Of a stretch of DNA of 64,000 nucleotides, positions 17,832-28,629 are shown piece after piece (position 1 is the first letter of the stretch; each line of letters opens with the position of its first letter). Both the position numbers and the translations under genes were made by a program. Below the pieces are notes generated by a model. The model was not told where the DNA came from. It did not search any database and worked only from the letters and a program-made list of their open reading frames with translations. The stretch is from Chakrabartia sp. (GTDB lineage: Bacteria > Pseudomonadota > Alphaproteobacteria > Sphingomonadales > Sphingomonadaceae), in contig JBBATU010000005.1 of NCBI GenBank assembly GCA_040398565.1, positions 161 to 64,160 on the forward strand, in the 5' to 3' direction.

Positions 17832-18929
17832 ATGAATTTCCAGTTTTCAGAAGAAGCAGAAGCTCTGCGCGATCAGGCACGACGCTTCCTCGAAGAGCGG
17901 TCGGGCCGCGAAAAGGCGCGGGCCGTGATGGAGTCCGGGGCCAGCCATGACGCCACACTTTGGGCCGAGATTGTCGGCCTAGGCTGGACGGCGCTGCGTA
18001 TTCCAGAGGAGCATGGCGGGCTTGGCCTATCGATGCTGGAACTGTGCGTGCTGGCCGAAGAAGTCGGCCGTGTTGTCTCGCCTGTGCCCTTCACCTCGTC
18101 TGTTCTGCTCGCAACCGAGGCCGTGATCGCGGCGGGAACCGATGCGCAAAAATCGGCTTGGCTGCCCAAATTGGCCGATGGATCGGCCATTGGCGCGGTT
18201 GCGTTGGCAGAAGGCAATGGCGCTCCCGGCGTGTCCTCGCGCTTGAACATCAAAGACGGCAAGGCCAATGGCGTGAAGCTGCCCGTGCAAGATGCGCTGG
18301 CAGCAGACATCATCATCCTGTCGGGTCAGGATGGCCTGTATTTGCTGGAGACCAAGGCTCCGGGTGTTACGATTGAGGCAGTTGAAACCATTGATCTCGT
18401 CCGCCGTTCTGCGCGGGTGACATTGAAGGACGCGCCCGTCACGCCGCTGAGCGGTGGACGCGCCGCCTTGGAAAAATTCCTGCAATCGGCCGCCATCCTG
18501 CTCGCCTTTGAAGGTTTGGGCGGGGCGGATGCCGCCATGGACATGGCACTTACCTATTCCAAGGATCGCGTGGCCTTTGGCCGCAAGATTGCGGGCTATC
18601 AGGCGGTCAAGCACCGGCTGGCGGATATGTATATCAAGAATCAGCTGGCGCGCAGCCATGCCTATTATGGCGCCTGGGCCTTGCTGACCGATGCGCCCGA
18701 ACTGGTGCAGGCAGCGGCTGGCGCACGGCTGGCCGCGATGGATGCCTTCCAATTTGCAGCGGAAGAAAATGTCCAGCTGCACGGCGGCATTGGCTTTACG
18801 TGGGAAAGCGACTGCCAATTTTACTATCGCCGCGCCCGGCTTTTGACGCTGGCGCTAGGGGCAAAATCACATTGGGCCGATGTGTTGGTGCGCTCGCTTG
18901 AGCAACGCAACACAATGATGGCCGGTTAA
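17832..18929 (+). CDS. Acyl-CoA dehydrogenase family protein (divergent, possible non-catalytic partner subunit)
   Basis: GGAGAGAG SD lies 8 nt before ATG 17832. ACAD fold motifs present (EEHGGLGLS, FGRKIAGYQAVKHRLADM, QLHGGIGFTWE). The GSD and EGT-type motifs are absent. Confidence 0.85.
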   Translation: MNFQFSEEAEALRDQARRFLEERSGREKARAVMESGASHDATLWAEIVGLGWTALRIPEEHGGLGLSMLELCVLAEEVGRVVSPVPFTSSVLLATEAVIAAGTDAQKSAWLPKLADGSAIGAVALAEGNGAPGVSSRLNIKDGKANGVKLPVQDALAADIIILSGQDGLYLLETKAPGVTIEAVETIDLVRRSARVTLKDAPVTPLSGGRAALEKFLQSAAILLAFEGLGGADAAMDMALTYSKDRVAFGRKIAGYQAVKHRLADMYIKNQLARSHAYYGAWALLTDAPELVQAAAGARLAAMDAFQFAAEENVQLHGGIGFTWESDCQFYYRRARLLTLALGAKSHWADVLVRSLEQRNTMMAG

Positions 18930-18949
18930 ACGCAAAAGGAAGACGGATC

Positions 18950-20182
18950 ATGGATTTCGAAGATACACCCGAAGAAGCCGCCTACCGTGCACAGGTGAAA
19001 GCCTGGCTTGAAGCCAATAAGGACGCACTGCCCGAAGGCGATCATTCCAGCCGCGCCGAATCTGTGACTGCGGCCAAGCGCTGGCAGGCGCGCAAATTTG
19101 AAGCAGGCTATGTCGGCATCACTTGGCCCAAGGTCGTGGGCGGCCAAGGTGGTACCGCGATGCAGCAGATCATCTTCAACCAAGAAGAAGCCAAATATAA
19201 TGCGCCAACCGGGCTTTATGCCATCGGACTTGGCATGTGCATTCCCACGGTCTTCACCCATGGCCTTTCGCCCGATATTGCCCAGCGTTATGTGCCCAAA
19301 GCGATGCAGGGGGAAGAAGTTTGGTGTCAGCTCTTTTCCGAACCAGCCGCAGGCTCTGACCTTGCGGGCATCCGCACCCGGGCAGAGCGGGATGGCGATG
19401 AGTGGGTGATCAACGGCCAGAAGGTTTGGACATCTGGCGCACATTTGTCTGACTTTGGCATTGTTGTGACTCGCACCGACCCGACCGTGCCCAAGCATAA
19501 GGGCTTGACCATGTTCATCGTCGACATGAAGGCCCCGGGTGTCGAAGTTCGCCCGATCAAGCAAATGTCCGGCGGTAGCGAGTTTAACGAAGTCTTCTTC
19601 ACCGATGTCCGTATCAAGGACACGCACCGTCTGGGCGCGGTTGGCGAAGGCTGGAAAGTGTCGCTGACGACGTTGATGCATGAACGCGTGGCCGTGGGCG
19701 GAAAGCCCGCCAGCGCGCCGGGCGTTAAGGAAATGATTGCGCTCGCGAAGGCCATTGATCTGGACGAAGGCAATGCGCTTGAGCAGAGCCATGTTCGCCA
19801 GCGCATTGCCGATGCCTATATCGCGGATCAGGGCATTGCCTTGACCCGGATGCGCACCATCTCTGCCCTGTCATCGGGCCGGACACCGGGGCCAGAATCC
19901 TCCATCTCCAAGGTGGTCGTTGCCAAGACGATGCAGGATATGGGCTCCTTTGCCTCTGACCTGTGTGAAAGCGCAGGGATGCTGATGGGGGCAGACTCGC
20001 CAGACCTACCGTACCTCTCCCGCTTCCAGACCAGCTATATCGGAGCGGCGGGCCTGCGCATTGCCGGCGGCACGGACGAAATCCTGCGCAACATCATTGC
20101 CGAACGCGTACTCGGCCTGCCGGGTGAAATCCGCCCGGATAAGGACATTCCGTTTAACGAGGCAACGAAGCTCGGCCTTTAA
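18950..20182 (+). CDS. Acyl-CoA dehydrogenase
   Basis: 410 aa. FSEPAAGSDLAGIRTRAERDGDEWVINGQKVWTSGA (FAD/substrate region) and C-terminal IAGGTDEILRNIIAERVLGLP. Confidence 0.9.
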   Translation: MDFEDTPEEAAYRAQVKAWLEANKDALPEGDHSSRAESVTAAKRWQARKFEAGYVGITWPKVVGGQGGTAMQQIIFNQEEAKYNAPTGLYAIGLGMCIPTVFTHGLSPDIAQRYVPKAMQGEEVWCQLFSEPAAGSDLAGIRTRAERDGDEWVINGQKVWTSGAHLSDFGIVVTRTDPTVPKHKGLTMFIVDMKAPGVEVRPIKQMSGGSEFNEVFFTDVRIKDTHRLGAVGEGWKVSLTTLMHERVAVGGKPASAPGVKEMIALAKAIDLDEGNALEQSHVRQRIADAYIADQGIALTRMRTISALSSGRTPGPESSISKVVVAKTMQDMGSFASDLCESAGMLMGADSPDLPYLSRFQTSYIGAAGLRIAGGTDEILRNIIAERVLGLPGEIRPDKDIPFNEATKLGL

Positions 20183-20212
20183 TCAAGGCCCGTAATTATG
20201 GGGCACCCAGCC

Positions 20213-22786
20213 TCAAAGGCTTTTCGAGGCTTGCTCGAAAACATCCTTGCTGAGGTTGGGGGTCGCCAAGATACGCTCTAGCTCCGCCCGCATCAGCGTC
20301 TGCCGCGCCTTATCAAACCGCTGCCAACGCCCCAGCGGCGGTAAAAGCTTGGCCGCTGTTTGCGGATTAATGGGATCGAGATCGAGCAATATGTCCGCCA
20401 AGAAGCGGTAGCCGCTGCCGTCGCGCGCATGGAATTGCTGCTGGTTCATTGAAAACGCCCCAGCCAGCACCCGCACCCGATTGGGGTTGTGCAGCGTGAA
20501 ATCTGCATGCCCCTTGAGCGCGCGGACCGCTTCCTCCGTATCAGGCCGAGCCGACAGCGCTTGGGTTGAAAACCATTTATCGATGACAAGCGCATTGTCC
20601 CGATATCGGTCATAAAAGGCCGAGAGCGCATTTGTCCGTTCAGCAGCATTGCCATTGGCAAGCGTACCAAGCGCAGCAATCCGGTCAGTCATATTGTCCG
20701 CCGCCTCAAACTGCGCGAAGGCAAGCGGCCCGGCATCATCCGCGCGCGCCGCCGCCAGATACCCCAGCGCAACATTGCGCAGCCGTCGTGCGCCCTTCGC
20801 CTCAGGCGAATATTCAAACCGTGCGGCGGCGTGGCTGTGATACGCGGCCTCCCAAAGCCCCTGAAGCTTGGTGCCAAGATCCTGCCGAAGCGCATCCCGC
20901 GCCGCATGGATGGCATCGGGATCCACTTGATCCATCTGATCGCCGATCAGCGCCTCTGACGGGAGCAGCACCGCTTCCCCAATAAAGGCCGCGTCCAGCG
21001 CATTATTCGTGAGCGTCGTGCGCACTGCGGCGATGACAGGCGCATGATCGGCAGCTCCCGTGGAGACGGCATGGATCAGCGTATCGAGCATCAACTGCTG
21101 CATCGCCTCAAACCGGCCAAAGGGATCATCATCATGCGCCGATAAAAAGGCAAGATCAGCACACGTCCGATCACTCTCAATCACCACTGGGGCGGAAAAG
21201 CCACGATTAAGTGAGATGATGGGGGGCGTTCCCGCGCCTTTGCTCAACAGAATTTCGGTTCGCGCGTCCGTTAGAATTTCCAGACGCTCCCCGTCATGCG
21301 CGCCCGTCGCCCGATCAAAAAGCGCGAGCTTGATTGGGATGACCATGGGCTGCTTATCCGCTTGCCCCGGCGTGTCGGGCAGGGATTGGTCCAGGATCAG
21401 GCGATCCCCCGCGACCGTCGCCTTAACCTTTGGCGTGCCGGCCGTTGCATACCAGCGCCGAAACTGGCTGAGGTCTTGCCCGCTTGCGTCTTCCATCGCG
21501 CGGACGAAATCTTCGCAGGTCGCAGCGGTGCCGTCATGCCGATCAAAATACAGATCGCAGCCTTTTCGAAAGGCGGTCTGGCCCAGCATTGTGTGGAGCA
21601 TGCGGATAATCTCCGCGCCCTTATTATAGATGGTGGCCGTATAGAAATTTGAAATCTCGATATAGCTTTCCGGCCGAATGGGATGGGCGAGCGGCCCTGC
21701 GTCTTCCGGGAATTGCGCGGCCCGCAGCACGCGCACATCCTCAATCCGCTTCACCGCAGCCGACCCCTGATCGGCAGAGAAGCATTGATCGCGAAACACG
21801 GTGAAGCCTTCTTTCAGGCTCAGCTGAAACCAATCCCGGCAGGTGACGCGATTGCCCGACCAATTGTGGAAATACTCATGCGCAACCACAGCGGCCACGG
21901 CATCATAATCAAGGTCGGTCGCCGTATCGGGATCGGCCAATATGTAGCGCGAGTTAAAGATATTGAGGCTCTTATTTTCCATCGCGCCAAAGTTAAAATC
22001 GGCAACGGCCACGATGTTAAACTGACCCAGATCATATTCGCGACCATAGACATCTTCGTCCCAGCACATGCTGGCCTTCAGCGCTTCCATGGCGTGTGCG
22101 GTCTTAGGCACATCCGCTTCCGCCACCCAGATGGCGAGATTGACCGACTTGCCCGACTGCGTCGTAAAGCTGTCGCGATTGGCAAAGAGCTGCCCTGCGA
22201 CAAGCGCAAACAAATAGCTGGGCTTCGGGAAAGGGTCGGTCCATTCCGCCCAATGCTGCCCGCCTTCCAGATCGCCCGACCCGGTCAAATCGCCATTACC
22301 GAGCAGCACGGGGAACAGCGCCTTATCCGCCGTCATGCGCACCTGATATCGGCTGAGCACATCGGGGCGATCGGGAAAGAAAGTGATCCGCCGAAACCCT
22401 TCTGCTTCGCACTGGGTGCAGAGCAGACCGCCCGACGCATAAAGACCCATCAACTGAGAATTGGCCTCTGGCGCAATTTCCACCTCAGTCTCCAAAACCG
22501 CCTGATCGCTTGTGATGGGGATGACCAAAGCACCGTCCTGCAGCGACCACCCACTGGCCATCGCGCCATCCAGTTTGACGCTTAAGGGCGTCAGGCCATC
22601 GCCATCGAGCCGGATAGGCCGATCATGCGCGCCATTGCGAACAAGTGTCAGCCTTGCCCGAACCCGCGTCTTTGCCGGGTCAAGATCAAACTCAAGCGCG
22701 ATATCCGGCACCAGCCAATCGGGCGGCGTATAGTCCGCGCGGCGGATGACGGACGGGGCGGCGGGAGCGGTTTGGGTGTTGAGCAT
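20213..22786 (-). CDS. pepN: Aminopeptidase N (M1 family)
   Basis: 857 aa. GAMEN exopeptidase motif and the HEYFHNWSGN...E zinc motif. Confidence 0.92.
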   Translation of the reverse strand: MLNTQTAPAAPSVIRRADYTPPDWLVPDIALEFDLDPAKTRVRARLTLVRNGAHDRPIRLDGDGLTPLSVKLDGAMASGWSLQDGALVIPITSDQAVLETEVEIAPEANSQLMGLYASGGLLCTQCEAEGFRRITFFPDRPDVLSRYQVRMTADKALFPVLLGNGDLTGSGDLEGGQHWAEWTDPFPKPSYLFALVAGQLFANRDSFTTQSGKSVNLAIWVAEADVPKTAHAMEALKASMCWDEDVYGREYDLGQFNIVAVADFNFGAMENKSLNIFNSRYILADPDTATDLDYDAVAAVVAHEYFHNWSGNRVTCRDWFQLSLKEGFTVFRDQCFSADQGSAAVKRIEDVRVLRAAQFPEDAGPLAHPIRPESYIEISNFYTATIYNKGAEIIRMLHTMLGQTAFRKGCDLYFDRHDGTAATCEDFVRAMEDASGQDLSQFRRWYATAGTPKVKATVAGDRLILDQSLPDTPGQADKQPMVIPIKLALFDRATGAHDGERLEILTDARTEILLSKGAGTPPIISLNRGFSAPVVIESDRTCADLAFLSAHDDDPFGRFEAMQQLMLDTLIHAVSTGAADHAPVIAAVRTTLTNNALDAAFIGEAVLLPSEALIGDQMDQVDPDAIHAARDALRQDLGTKLQGLWEAAYHSHAAARFEYSPEAKGARRLRNVALGYLAAARADDAGPLAFAQFEAADNMTDRIAALGTLANGNAAERTNALSAFYDRYRDNALVIDKWFSTQALSARPDTEEAVRALKGHADFTLHNPNRVRVLAGAFSMNQQQFHARDGSGYRFLADILLDLDPINPQTAAKLLPPLGRWQRFDKARQTLMRAELERILATPNLSKDVFEQASKSL

Positions 22787-22831
22787 CGGCCAGATGTAGG
22801 GCCGCTGGCCGCTCAGGCAAAGAGGTGATGA

Positions 22832-24997
22832 TCAAACAAAACTATAAGGATCAATATCCACACTCACCCGCACGCGGCGGGGCCAAGTGAGTGTGCCGAG
22901 CCAGTCGCGCAGCACGTGCTGCACATCGAGCGTGCGGCGCGCATGGACGAGGAGGCGCTGGCGGTGGCGGCCGCGCAGCATGGCGAGCGGGGCAGGCGCA
23001 GGGCCATAGACATCCATCCCCTCTAACTTGGGGGCAGACTCCGCAATTTGCCGCGCAATGGCTTCTGCCTCGCGCAGATTTTCTGACGAGACGATGATGG
23101 CGGCAAACCGGCCAAAGGGCGGCGCATTGGCGAGGCGACGGGACACTGTTTCGGCGGCATAGAAACTTTCCGCATCGCCAGAAATCAGCGCGCGCATCAC
23201 CGGGGCGTCGGGTTCATGCGTTTGCAGATAGACATGGCCGGGCTTCACCGCGCGTCCGGCGCGACCTGCCACCTGCATGATCTGTTGAAAGCTGCGTTCT
23301 GCCGCCCGCAAATCCCCGCCTTGCAGGCCCAGATCGGCATCGACCACGCCAACCAGAGTCAGATTGGGAAAATGATAGCCCTTGGTCACCAATTGCGTGC
23401 CGATGACGATATCAATCTCTCCCGCCTCCATCCGTGCCACGAAATCTGCCGCCTTGGCCGGCGACCACAGCGTGTCGGACGTAACAACGGCGCGGCGCGC
23501 AGTGGGAAAGAGGAGGCCCACCTCATCCGATATCCGTTCGACACCGGGGCCACAGGCGACCAGCGCATCTTCCGTCGCGCATTCCGGGCAGGCGCGCGGT
23601 GGTGGCTCGACATGGCCGCAATGATGGCATTGAAGCCGATTGGTCAGCCGATGTTCCACCATCCAAGCCGTGCAATTGGGGCATTGAAAGCGATGCCCGC
23701 AATGGCGGCATAGAGTGAGCGGGGCAAAGCCCCGGCGATTGAGGAACAGCAGCGCCTGCTCCCCCCGGTCTAACGTCTCGGTCATCGCCGTGACCAAGGG
23801 CGGGGCTAGCCAGCGGCCCCGATCTGGCGGCGTCTGGACAAGGTTGATCGCAGCGATGCTCGGCATTTGGGCTGCGCCATAGCGCCCCGGCAATTGCACC
23901 TCACGATAGCGGCCTTGGGCGACTTGCTGGCGGGTTTCGATAGCGGGGGTGGCGGTGGCTAAGATGACCGGAATCTTCTCAAAATGGCCGCGCATGACGG
24001 CTGCGTCCCGGGCGTGATATTGAACGCCATCTTCCTGCTTAAAGCTGGTTTCATGCGCTTCATCGACAATGATCAGGCCCAGATTGCGATAGGGCAAATA
24101 AAGCGCCGAGCGCGCGCCAACCGTTACCAATGCCTCTCCGCTGGAAATGGCGCGATAGGCCCGCCGCCGCTCAGACTGACGCAGGTCAGAATGCCAAGCG
24201 ACAGGCGCATGGCCAAAACGATCCATGAAGCGCCGCAAAAACGGCTCGGTCAGGGCAATTTCGGGCAAGAGGACCAGCGTCTGCTGCCCGCGCCGCAACG
24301 CCTGCGCCACTGCCTCAAAATACACTTCGGTTTTGCCAGACCCTGTCACCCCATTGAGCAGCACGGGGGCAAAGTCATGCGCGGTTACAAGCCCGACCAA
24401 ATCGTCCGCTGCGGCCTGTTGCTCTGCGCTGAGGTCTGGCGGGGCATGATCAGGGTCCGGGGCGACAAAGGGGGCATCGAGCGCAACCTCAACCCCTTCC
24501 AACACGCCTGCCTTCACCAGCCCGCGCATAACGGCTTCGGACACATCGGCCAAGTCCGCCAATTCGCGAATCAGGCCCTGCCGATTGGCGATCCGATCCA
24601 CCGCCTGCGCGCGCTGCGGCGTCATGCGGTCCAGCTGCCGTCCCGACAGGCGATATTCGGTGACCGTGCGTGCGCCCTCCAGCGCGGCGGCGGAAGAAAG
24701 GGCCATGCGCAGCACCGATTGCGGCGGGGCGAGATAATAATCCGCCGTCCATTCGATCAGGCGGCGCAGCGGCGCCCCCAACGGCGGCACATCATACACC
24801 TCTAAGATATTGCGCAGGCGATTATCGCCGACCGTTTCCGTCGGCAGGGCCGCCTCTTCCCAGACCACGCCCACCATCTCACGCGGGCCAAGCGGCACGC
24901 GCACGATGCTGCCCAGCGCGACATCCATGCCATGCGGCACGCGATAATCGAGCGGCCCGAGCGCCGGGTTGGTATGGAGGATGCGAATGCGCGCCAT
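22832..24997 (-). CDS. priA: Primosomal replication restart helicase PriA
   Basis: Start at MARIRILHT (ATG 24997, GAGGAG upstream). Walker A GVTGSGKT, DEAH box VDEAHE. Cys-rich zinc region CRHCGHRFQCPNCTAWMVEH...CHHCGH...CPEC. Confidence 0.9.
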   Translation of the reverse strand: MARIRILHTNPALGPLDYRVPHGMDVALGSIVRVPLGPREMVGVVWEEAALPTETVGDNRLRNILEVYDVPPLGAPLRRLIEWTADYYLAPPQSVLRMALSSAAALEGARTVTEYRLSGRQLDRMTPQRAQAVDRIANRQGLIRELADLADVSEAVMRGLVKAGVLEGVEVALDAPFVAPDPDHAPPDLSAEQQAAADDLVGLVTAHDFAPVLLNGVTGSGKTEVYFEAVAQALRRGQQTLVLLPEIALTEPFLRRFMDRFGHAPVAWHSDLRQSERRRAYRAISSGEALVTVGARSALYLPYRNLGLIIVDEAHETSFKQEDGVQYHARDAAVMRGHFEKIPVILATATPAIETRQQVAQGRYREVQLPGRYGAAQMPSIAAINLVQTPPDRGRWLAPPLVTAMTETLDRGEQALLFLNRRGFAPLTLCRHCGHRFQCPNCTAWMVEHRLTNRLQCHHCGHVEPPPRACPECATEDALVACGPGVERISDEVGLLFPTARRAVVTSDTLWSPAKAADFVARMEAGEIDIVIGTQLVTKGYHFPNLTLVGVVDADLGLQGGDLRAAERSFQQIMQVAGRAGRAVKPGHVYLQTHEPDAPVMRALISGDAESFYAAETVSRRLANAPPFGRFAAIIVSSENLREAEAIARQIAESAPKLEGMDVYGPAPAPLAMLRGRHRQRLLVHARRTLDVQHVLRDWLGTLTWPRRVRVSVDIDPYSFV

Positions 24998-25129
24998 AAT
25001 CTCCTCGTTAGAGGCTCTGGCCAGAGAGGTGAAGCGCCTTGGTGACGCGGGCATCGGCTTGCAGGGCGCGAGGGGCACTGCTAGGCGCGGCTCCTAGAGT
25101 CTGTGCTGAACCGACCATCAGGGAATTCC

Positions 25130-25417
25130 ATGTCTGTCGACCACATAACCGTCCGCAAGATCGCCTCGCTTGCCCGTATCGCGATGACCGATGCCGAAGT
25201 TGAGGCGATGGCGCCTGAATTGAACAACATCCTCGGCTGGATTGAACAGCTGGGCGAAGTGGATACCGCCGCTGTCGAGCCGATGACCGCGGTGATCCCC
25301 AATACGCTGCGCCTGCGCGAAGACGCGGTGACAGATGGCAATGTGCGCGATGCCGTTTTGAAGAACGCGCCACAGGCCGAACATGGCTTTTTCGCCGTGC
25401 CAAAGGTGATTGAATAA
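25130..25417 (+). CDS. gatC: Asp/Glu-tRNA amidotransferase subunit C
   Basis: 95 aa: [34 protein letters not shown]. Directly precedes gatA. Confidence 0.9.
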   Translation: MSVDHITVRKIASLARIAMTDAEVEAMAPELNNILGWIEQLGEVDTAAVEPMTAVIPNTLRLREDAVTDGNVRDAVLKNAPQAEHGFFAVPKVIE

Positions 25418-26898
25418 TGACGATTCTGACAGATTTGGGCATTGCCGCCCTGCGCGATGGAGTTGCCAAGGGGGAATTTTCCGCCCGCGATGTCGCTCTT
25501 GCCTTTAACGACGCGGTTGCGGGCGCAAAGGCGCTCAATGCCTTCATCGTGGAAACGCCGGACCATGCGCTGGCCGCCGCCGATGCCGCGGATAAGGATC
25601 GGGCGTCTGGCACGCTCAAGCCTTTGTCGGGCGTGCCCATTGGCATGAAGGATTTGTTCGCCACACAAGGCGTGCAGACGACGGCGGCCAGCCACATGTT
25701 GGAAGGCTTTACCCCGCAATATGAATCGACCGTGTCCGGCAATCTCTGGCGCGCGGGCGCTGGCATGTTGGGCAAGCTGAACCTTGATCAATTTGCCATG
25801 GGCTCCTCCAATGAGACGAGCTATTTCGGCAATGTGATTTCCCCCTGGCGGCGCAATAATGGCGACACAGCGGCTCTTGCCCCCGGCGGGTCTTCGGGCG
25901 GATCTTCCTCTGCCATTGCTGCGCGGATTGTACCGGGTGCGACGGGGACGGACACGGGCGGATCGATTCGTCAGCCCGCTGCTTTTACCGGAATTTCGGG
26001 CATTAAGCCCACCTATGGCCGCTGCTCACGCTGGGGCGTGGTGGCCTTTGCCTCTTCGCTGGATCAGGCAGGACCCATGGCACGCGATGTCCGCGACTGT
26101 GCGATCTTGCTGGAAAATATGGCGGGCTTTGACTCGAAGGACGCAACCTCGCTCAACCTGACCGTGCCAAATTGGGAAGCGGGCCTGTCGTCCAGCCTGA
26201 AGGGCAAGAAAGTTGGCATTCCAAAGGAATATCGCGTCGATGGCATGCCTGCCGAAATTGAAGCCTTGTGGGAACAGGGCATAAGCTGGCTGAAGGATGC
26301 AGGCGCCGAGATTGTCGACGTGTCCTTGCCGCACACCAAATATGCGCTGCCCGCTTATTACATCATTGCGCCCGCCGAAGCTTCGTCCAACCTCGCCCGC
26401 TATGATGGCGTGCGTTATGGTCTGCGCGACTTGCCGGATGGGGCCAATCTGCAAGACATGTATGCCGCCACACGCGCGGCAGGCTTTGGCGCAGAGGTGA
26501 AGCGCCGTATCCTCATTGGCACCTATGTGCTCTCGGCGGGCTTTTACGATGCCTATTATACTCAGGCGCAAAAGGTGCGCACGCTCATCGCCCGCGATTT
26601 TGACCGGGCGTGGGAAAGCTGTGATCTGCTGCTGACGCCGACCGCACCCAGCGCCGCCTTTGGCCTGGGTGAAAAAAGCGCCGATCCGCTGGCCATGTAT
26701 CTGAACGATGTCTTCACCGTGCCCACATCTTTGGCGGGCTTGCCCGCTATGTCAGTGCCCGGTGGGCTCGATGCGCAGGGCCTACCTTTGGGCCTTCAGA
26801 TTATTGGTAAGGCGCTGGATGAACAAAGCGTTCTCAATGCCGGCCTTGCAATAGAAGAACGTGCGGGCTTTGCCGCCCGCCCGGGTAAATGGTGGTAA
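25417..26898 (+). CDS. gatA: Asp/Glu-tRNA amidotransferase subunit A
   Basis: 493 aa. Amidase signature [13 protein letters not shown]...[12 protein letters not shown]. Its ATG overlaps the gatC stop by 1 nt. Confidence 0.95.
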   Translation: MTILTDLGIAALRDGVAKGEFSARDVALAFNDAVAGAKALNAFIVETPDHALAAADAADKDRASGTLKPLSGVPIGMKDLFATQGVQTTAASHMLEGFTPQYESTVSGNLWRAGAGMLGKLNLDQFAMGSSNETSYFGNVISPWRRNNGDTAALAPGGSSGGSSSAIAARIVPGATGTDTGGSIRQPAAFTGISGIKPTYGRCSRWGVVAFASSLDQAGPMARDVRDCAILLENMAGFDSKDATSLNLTVPNWEAGLSSSLKGKKVGIPKEYRVDGMPAEIEALWEQGISWLKDAGAEIVDVSLPHTKYALPAYYIIAPAEASSNLARYDGVRYGLRDLPDGANLQDMYAATRAAGFGAEVKRRILIGTYVLSAGFYDAYYTQAQKVRTLIARDFDRAWESCDLLLTPTAPSAAFGLGEKSADPLAMYLNDVFTVPTSLAGLPAMSVPGGLDAQGLPLGLQIIGKALDEQSVLNAGLAIEERAGFAARPGKWW

Positions 26899-26899
26899 G

Positions 26900-28369
26900 A
26901 TGAGCAGCTATCGTATTCAGGGCACCACGGGCGATTGGGAAGTCGTCATCGGGCTGGAAGTCCACGCGCAGGTCGTGTCAAAGTCTAAGCTGTTTTCCGG
27001 TGCGGCGGCCAGCTTTGGCGCGGAACCCAATACGCAGGTCTCGCTGGTGGATGCCGCCATGCCCGGCATGCTGCCCGTGCCCAATGCAGAATGCATCCGT
27101 CAGGCAGTGCGCACTGGCCTTGCCATCAACGCCCAGATCAACCGCTGGAGCCGTTTTGACCGCAAGAATTATTTCTATGCCGATTTGCCGCAGGGCTATC
27201 AGATTTCGCAGCTTTATCACCCGCTGGTCGGGGAAGGCCATTTGGACATTGAGGCCGATGAAAAGGCCGGCATTGCCAGCGACAAGCGGATCGGCGTTGA
27301 ACGCATCCATGTGGAGCAGGATGCCGGCAAGCTGATGCATGATCAGCATCCGACCCGATCCTATGTTGATCTCAACCGATCGGGCGTGGCGCTGATGGAA
27401 ATTGTGTCACGGCCCGACATGGCTTCCCCCGCCGAAGCCGGGGCCTATCTGCGCAAGCTGCGCGCCATTTTGCGCTATGTCGGCTCGTGCGACGGCAATA
27501 TGGAAGAAGGATCGATGCGGGCAGACGTCAACGTCTCTGTCCGGCGTCCGGGTGACCCCTTGGGCACGCGCACCGAAACGAAGAACGTCAATTCCGTCCG
27601 CTTTGTCATGCAGGCGATTGAGCATGAGGCGAACCGCCAGGTCGATGTCATCGAAAGCGGTGGCAAGATTGTGCAGGAAACGCGGCTCTTCAACCCAGAT
27701 ACGGGCACCACGCGGTCAATGCGATCCAAAGAAGATGCGCATGATTATCGCTATTTCCCCGATCCCGATTTGCTGCCGCTCGAACTGACTGAGGCCTTTG
27801 TCGCGGACTGTCTGGCAAGCCTGCCCGAACTGCCCGATGCCAAGCGCGCCCGCTATGTCGAAACACTGGGCATCAGCGCCTATAACGCCGCCGTGCTGAC
27901 CGCAGAGGTGGAAACAGCCCGCTGGTTTGAGGCTCTGTTGGCCGAAGGCGCAGAGGCAAAGCAGGCCGCCAATTGGGTCATGTCGGAATTGTTTGGCGCG
28001 CTCAACCGGCTTGGAGCCTCAATTGAAAATTGCCCGGTCACCCCCGCGCAAGCCGCCGAATTGCTGACGCTCGTCACAGATGGCACGCTGTCGGGGAGTC
28101 TGGCAAAGCAAGTCTTTGAAAAGATGCTGGAAACGGGCGATGCAGCGGGCGTCATTGTGGACCGCGATGGCCTGAAACAGACCAGCGACACGGGCGCGAT
28201 CGAAGCCGTCATCGCGGAGATTCTGGAGAAGAATCCGGGCCAGCTGGAACAATATCGCAGCGGTAAAGAGGCGCTGTTCGGCTTCTTCGTCGGCCAGACG
28301 ATGAAGGCGATGGCCGGCAAGGCCAATCCGCAGGTGGTGAATGACTTGCTGAAGAAGGCATTGAGCTAA
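26900..28369 (+). CDS. gatB: Asp/Glu-tRNA amidotransferase subunit B
   Basis: Start at [35 protein letters not shown] and RADVNVSVR motifs. ATG 26900 lies 2 nt after the gatA stop. Confidence 0.95.
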   Translation: MSSYRIQGTTGDWEVVIGLEVHAQVVSKSKLFSGAAASFGAEPNTQVSLVDAAMPGMLPVPNAECIRQAVRTGLAINAQINRWSRFDRKNYFYADLPQGYQISQLYHPLVGEGHLDIEADEKAGIASDKRIGVERIHVEQDAGKLMHDQHPTRSYVDLNRSGVALMEIVSRPDMASPAEAGAYLRKLRAILRYVGSCDGNMEEGSMRADVNVSVRRPGDPLGTRTETKNVNSVRFVMQAIEHEANRQVDVIESGGKIVQETRLFNPDTGTTRSMRSKEDAHDYRYFPDPDLLPLELTEAFVADCLASLPELPDAKRARYVETLGISAYNAAVLTAEVETARWFEALLAEGAEAKQAANWVMSELFGALNRLGASIENCPVTPAQAAELLTLVTDGTLSGSLAKQVFEKMLETGDAAGVIVDRDGLKQTSDTGAIEAVIAEILEKNPGQLEQYRSGKEALFGFFVGQTMKAMAGKANPQVVNDLLKKALS

Positions 28370-28429
28370 ACCGACAGGGCATCAAGCCGCTTTGTTCAAT
28401 GCAAGCTTGGGTGGACCTGTATCCATCCC

Positions 28430-28457
28430 TTGCCCTTCGGCCAAGCCGTGCTATAGC
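28430..28457 (+). promoter_or_regulatory. Candidate sigma-70-type promoter for tRNA-Leu
   Basis: TTGCCC (28430-28435), 16-nt spacer, TATAGC (28452-28457). About 20 nt upstream of the tRNA 5-prime end. Pattern match only. Confidence 0.25.
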
Positions 28458-28476
28458 GCCGCCCAATCCGGCCTTT

Positions 28477-28561
28477 GCGGGCGTGGCGAAACTGGTAGAC
28501 GCGCCAGATTTAGGTTCTGGTATCGAAAGATGTGGGGGTTCGAGTCCCTTCGCCCGCACCA
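28477..28561 (+). tRNA. tRNA-Leu (anticodon UAG), class II with long variable arm, CCA encoded
   Basis: Acceptor GCGGGCG/CGCCCGC. Anticodon arm CCAGA-UUUAGGU-UCUGG. Long variable arm, T arm GGGGG-UUCGAGU-CCCUU, then ACCA. Confidence 0.9.
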
Positions 28562-28629
28562 GCTTCGCTAAGGCCCGGTCTCTTGGGGATATGAGGCCTC
28601 GCAGAATTCCTGAAGGATAGAGTGACGAA

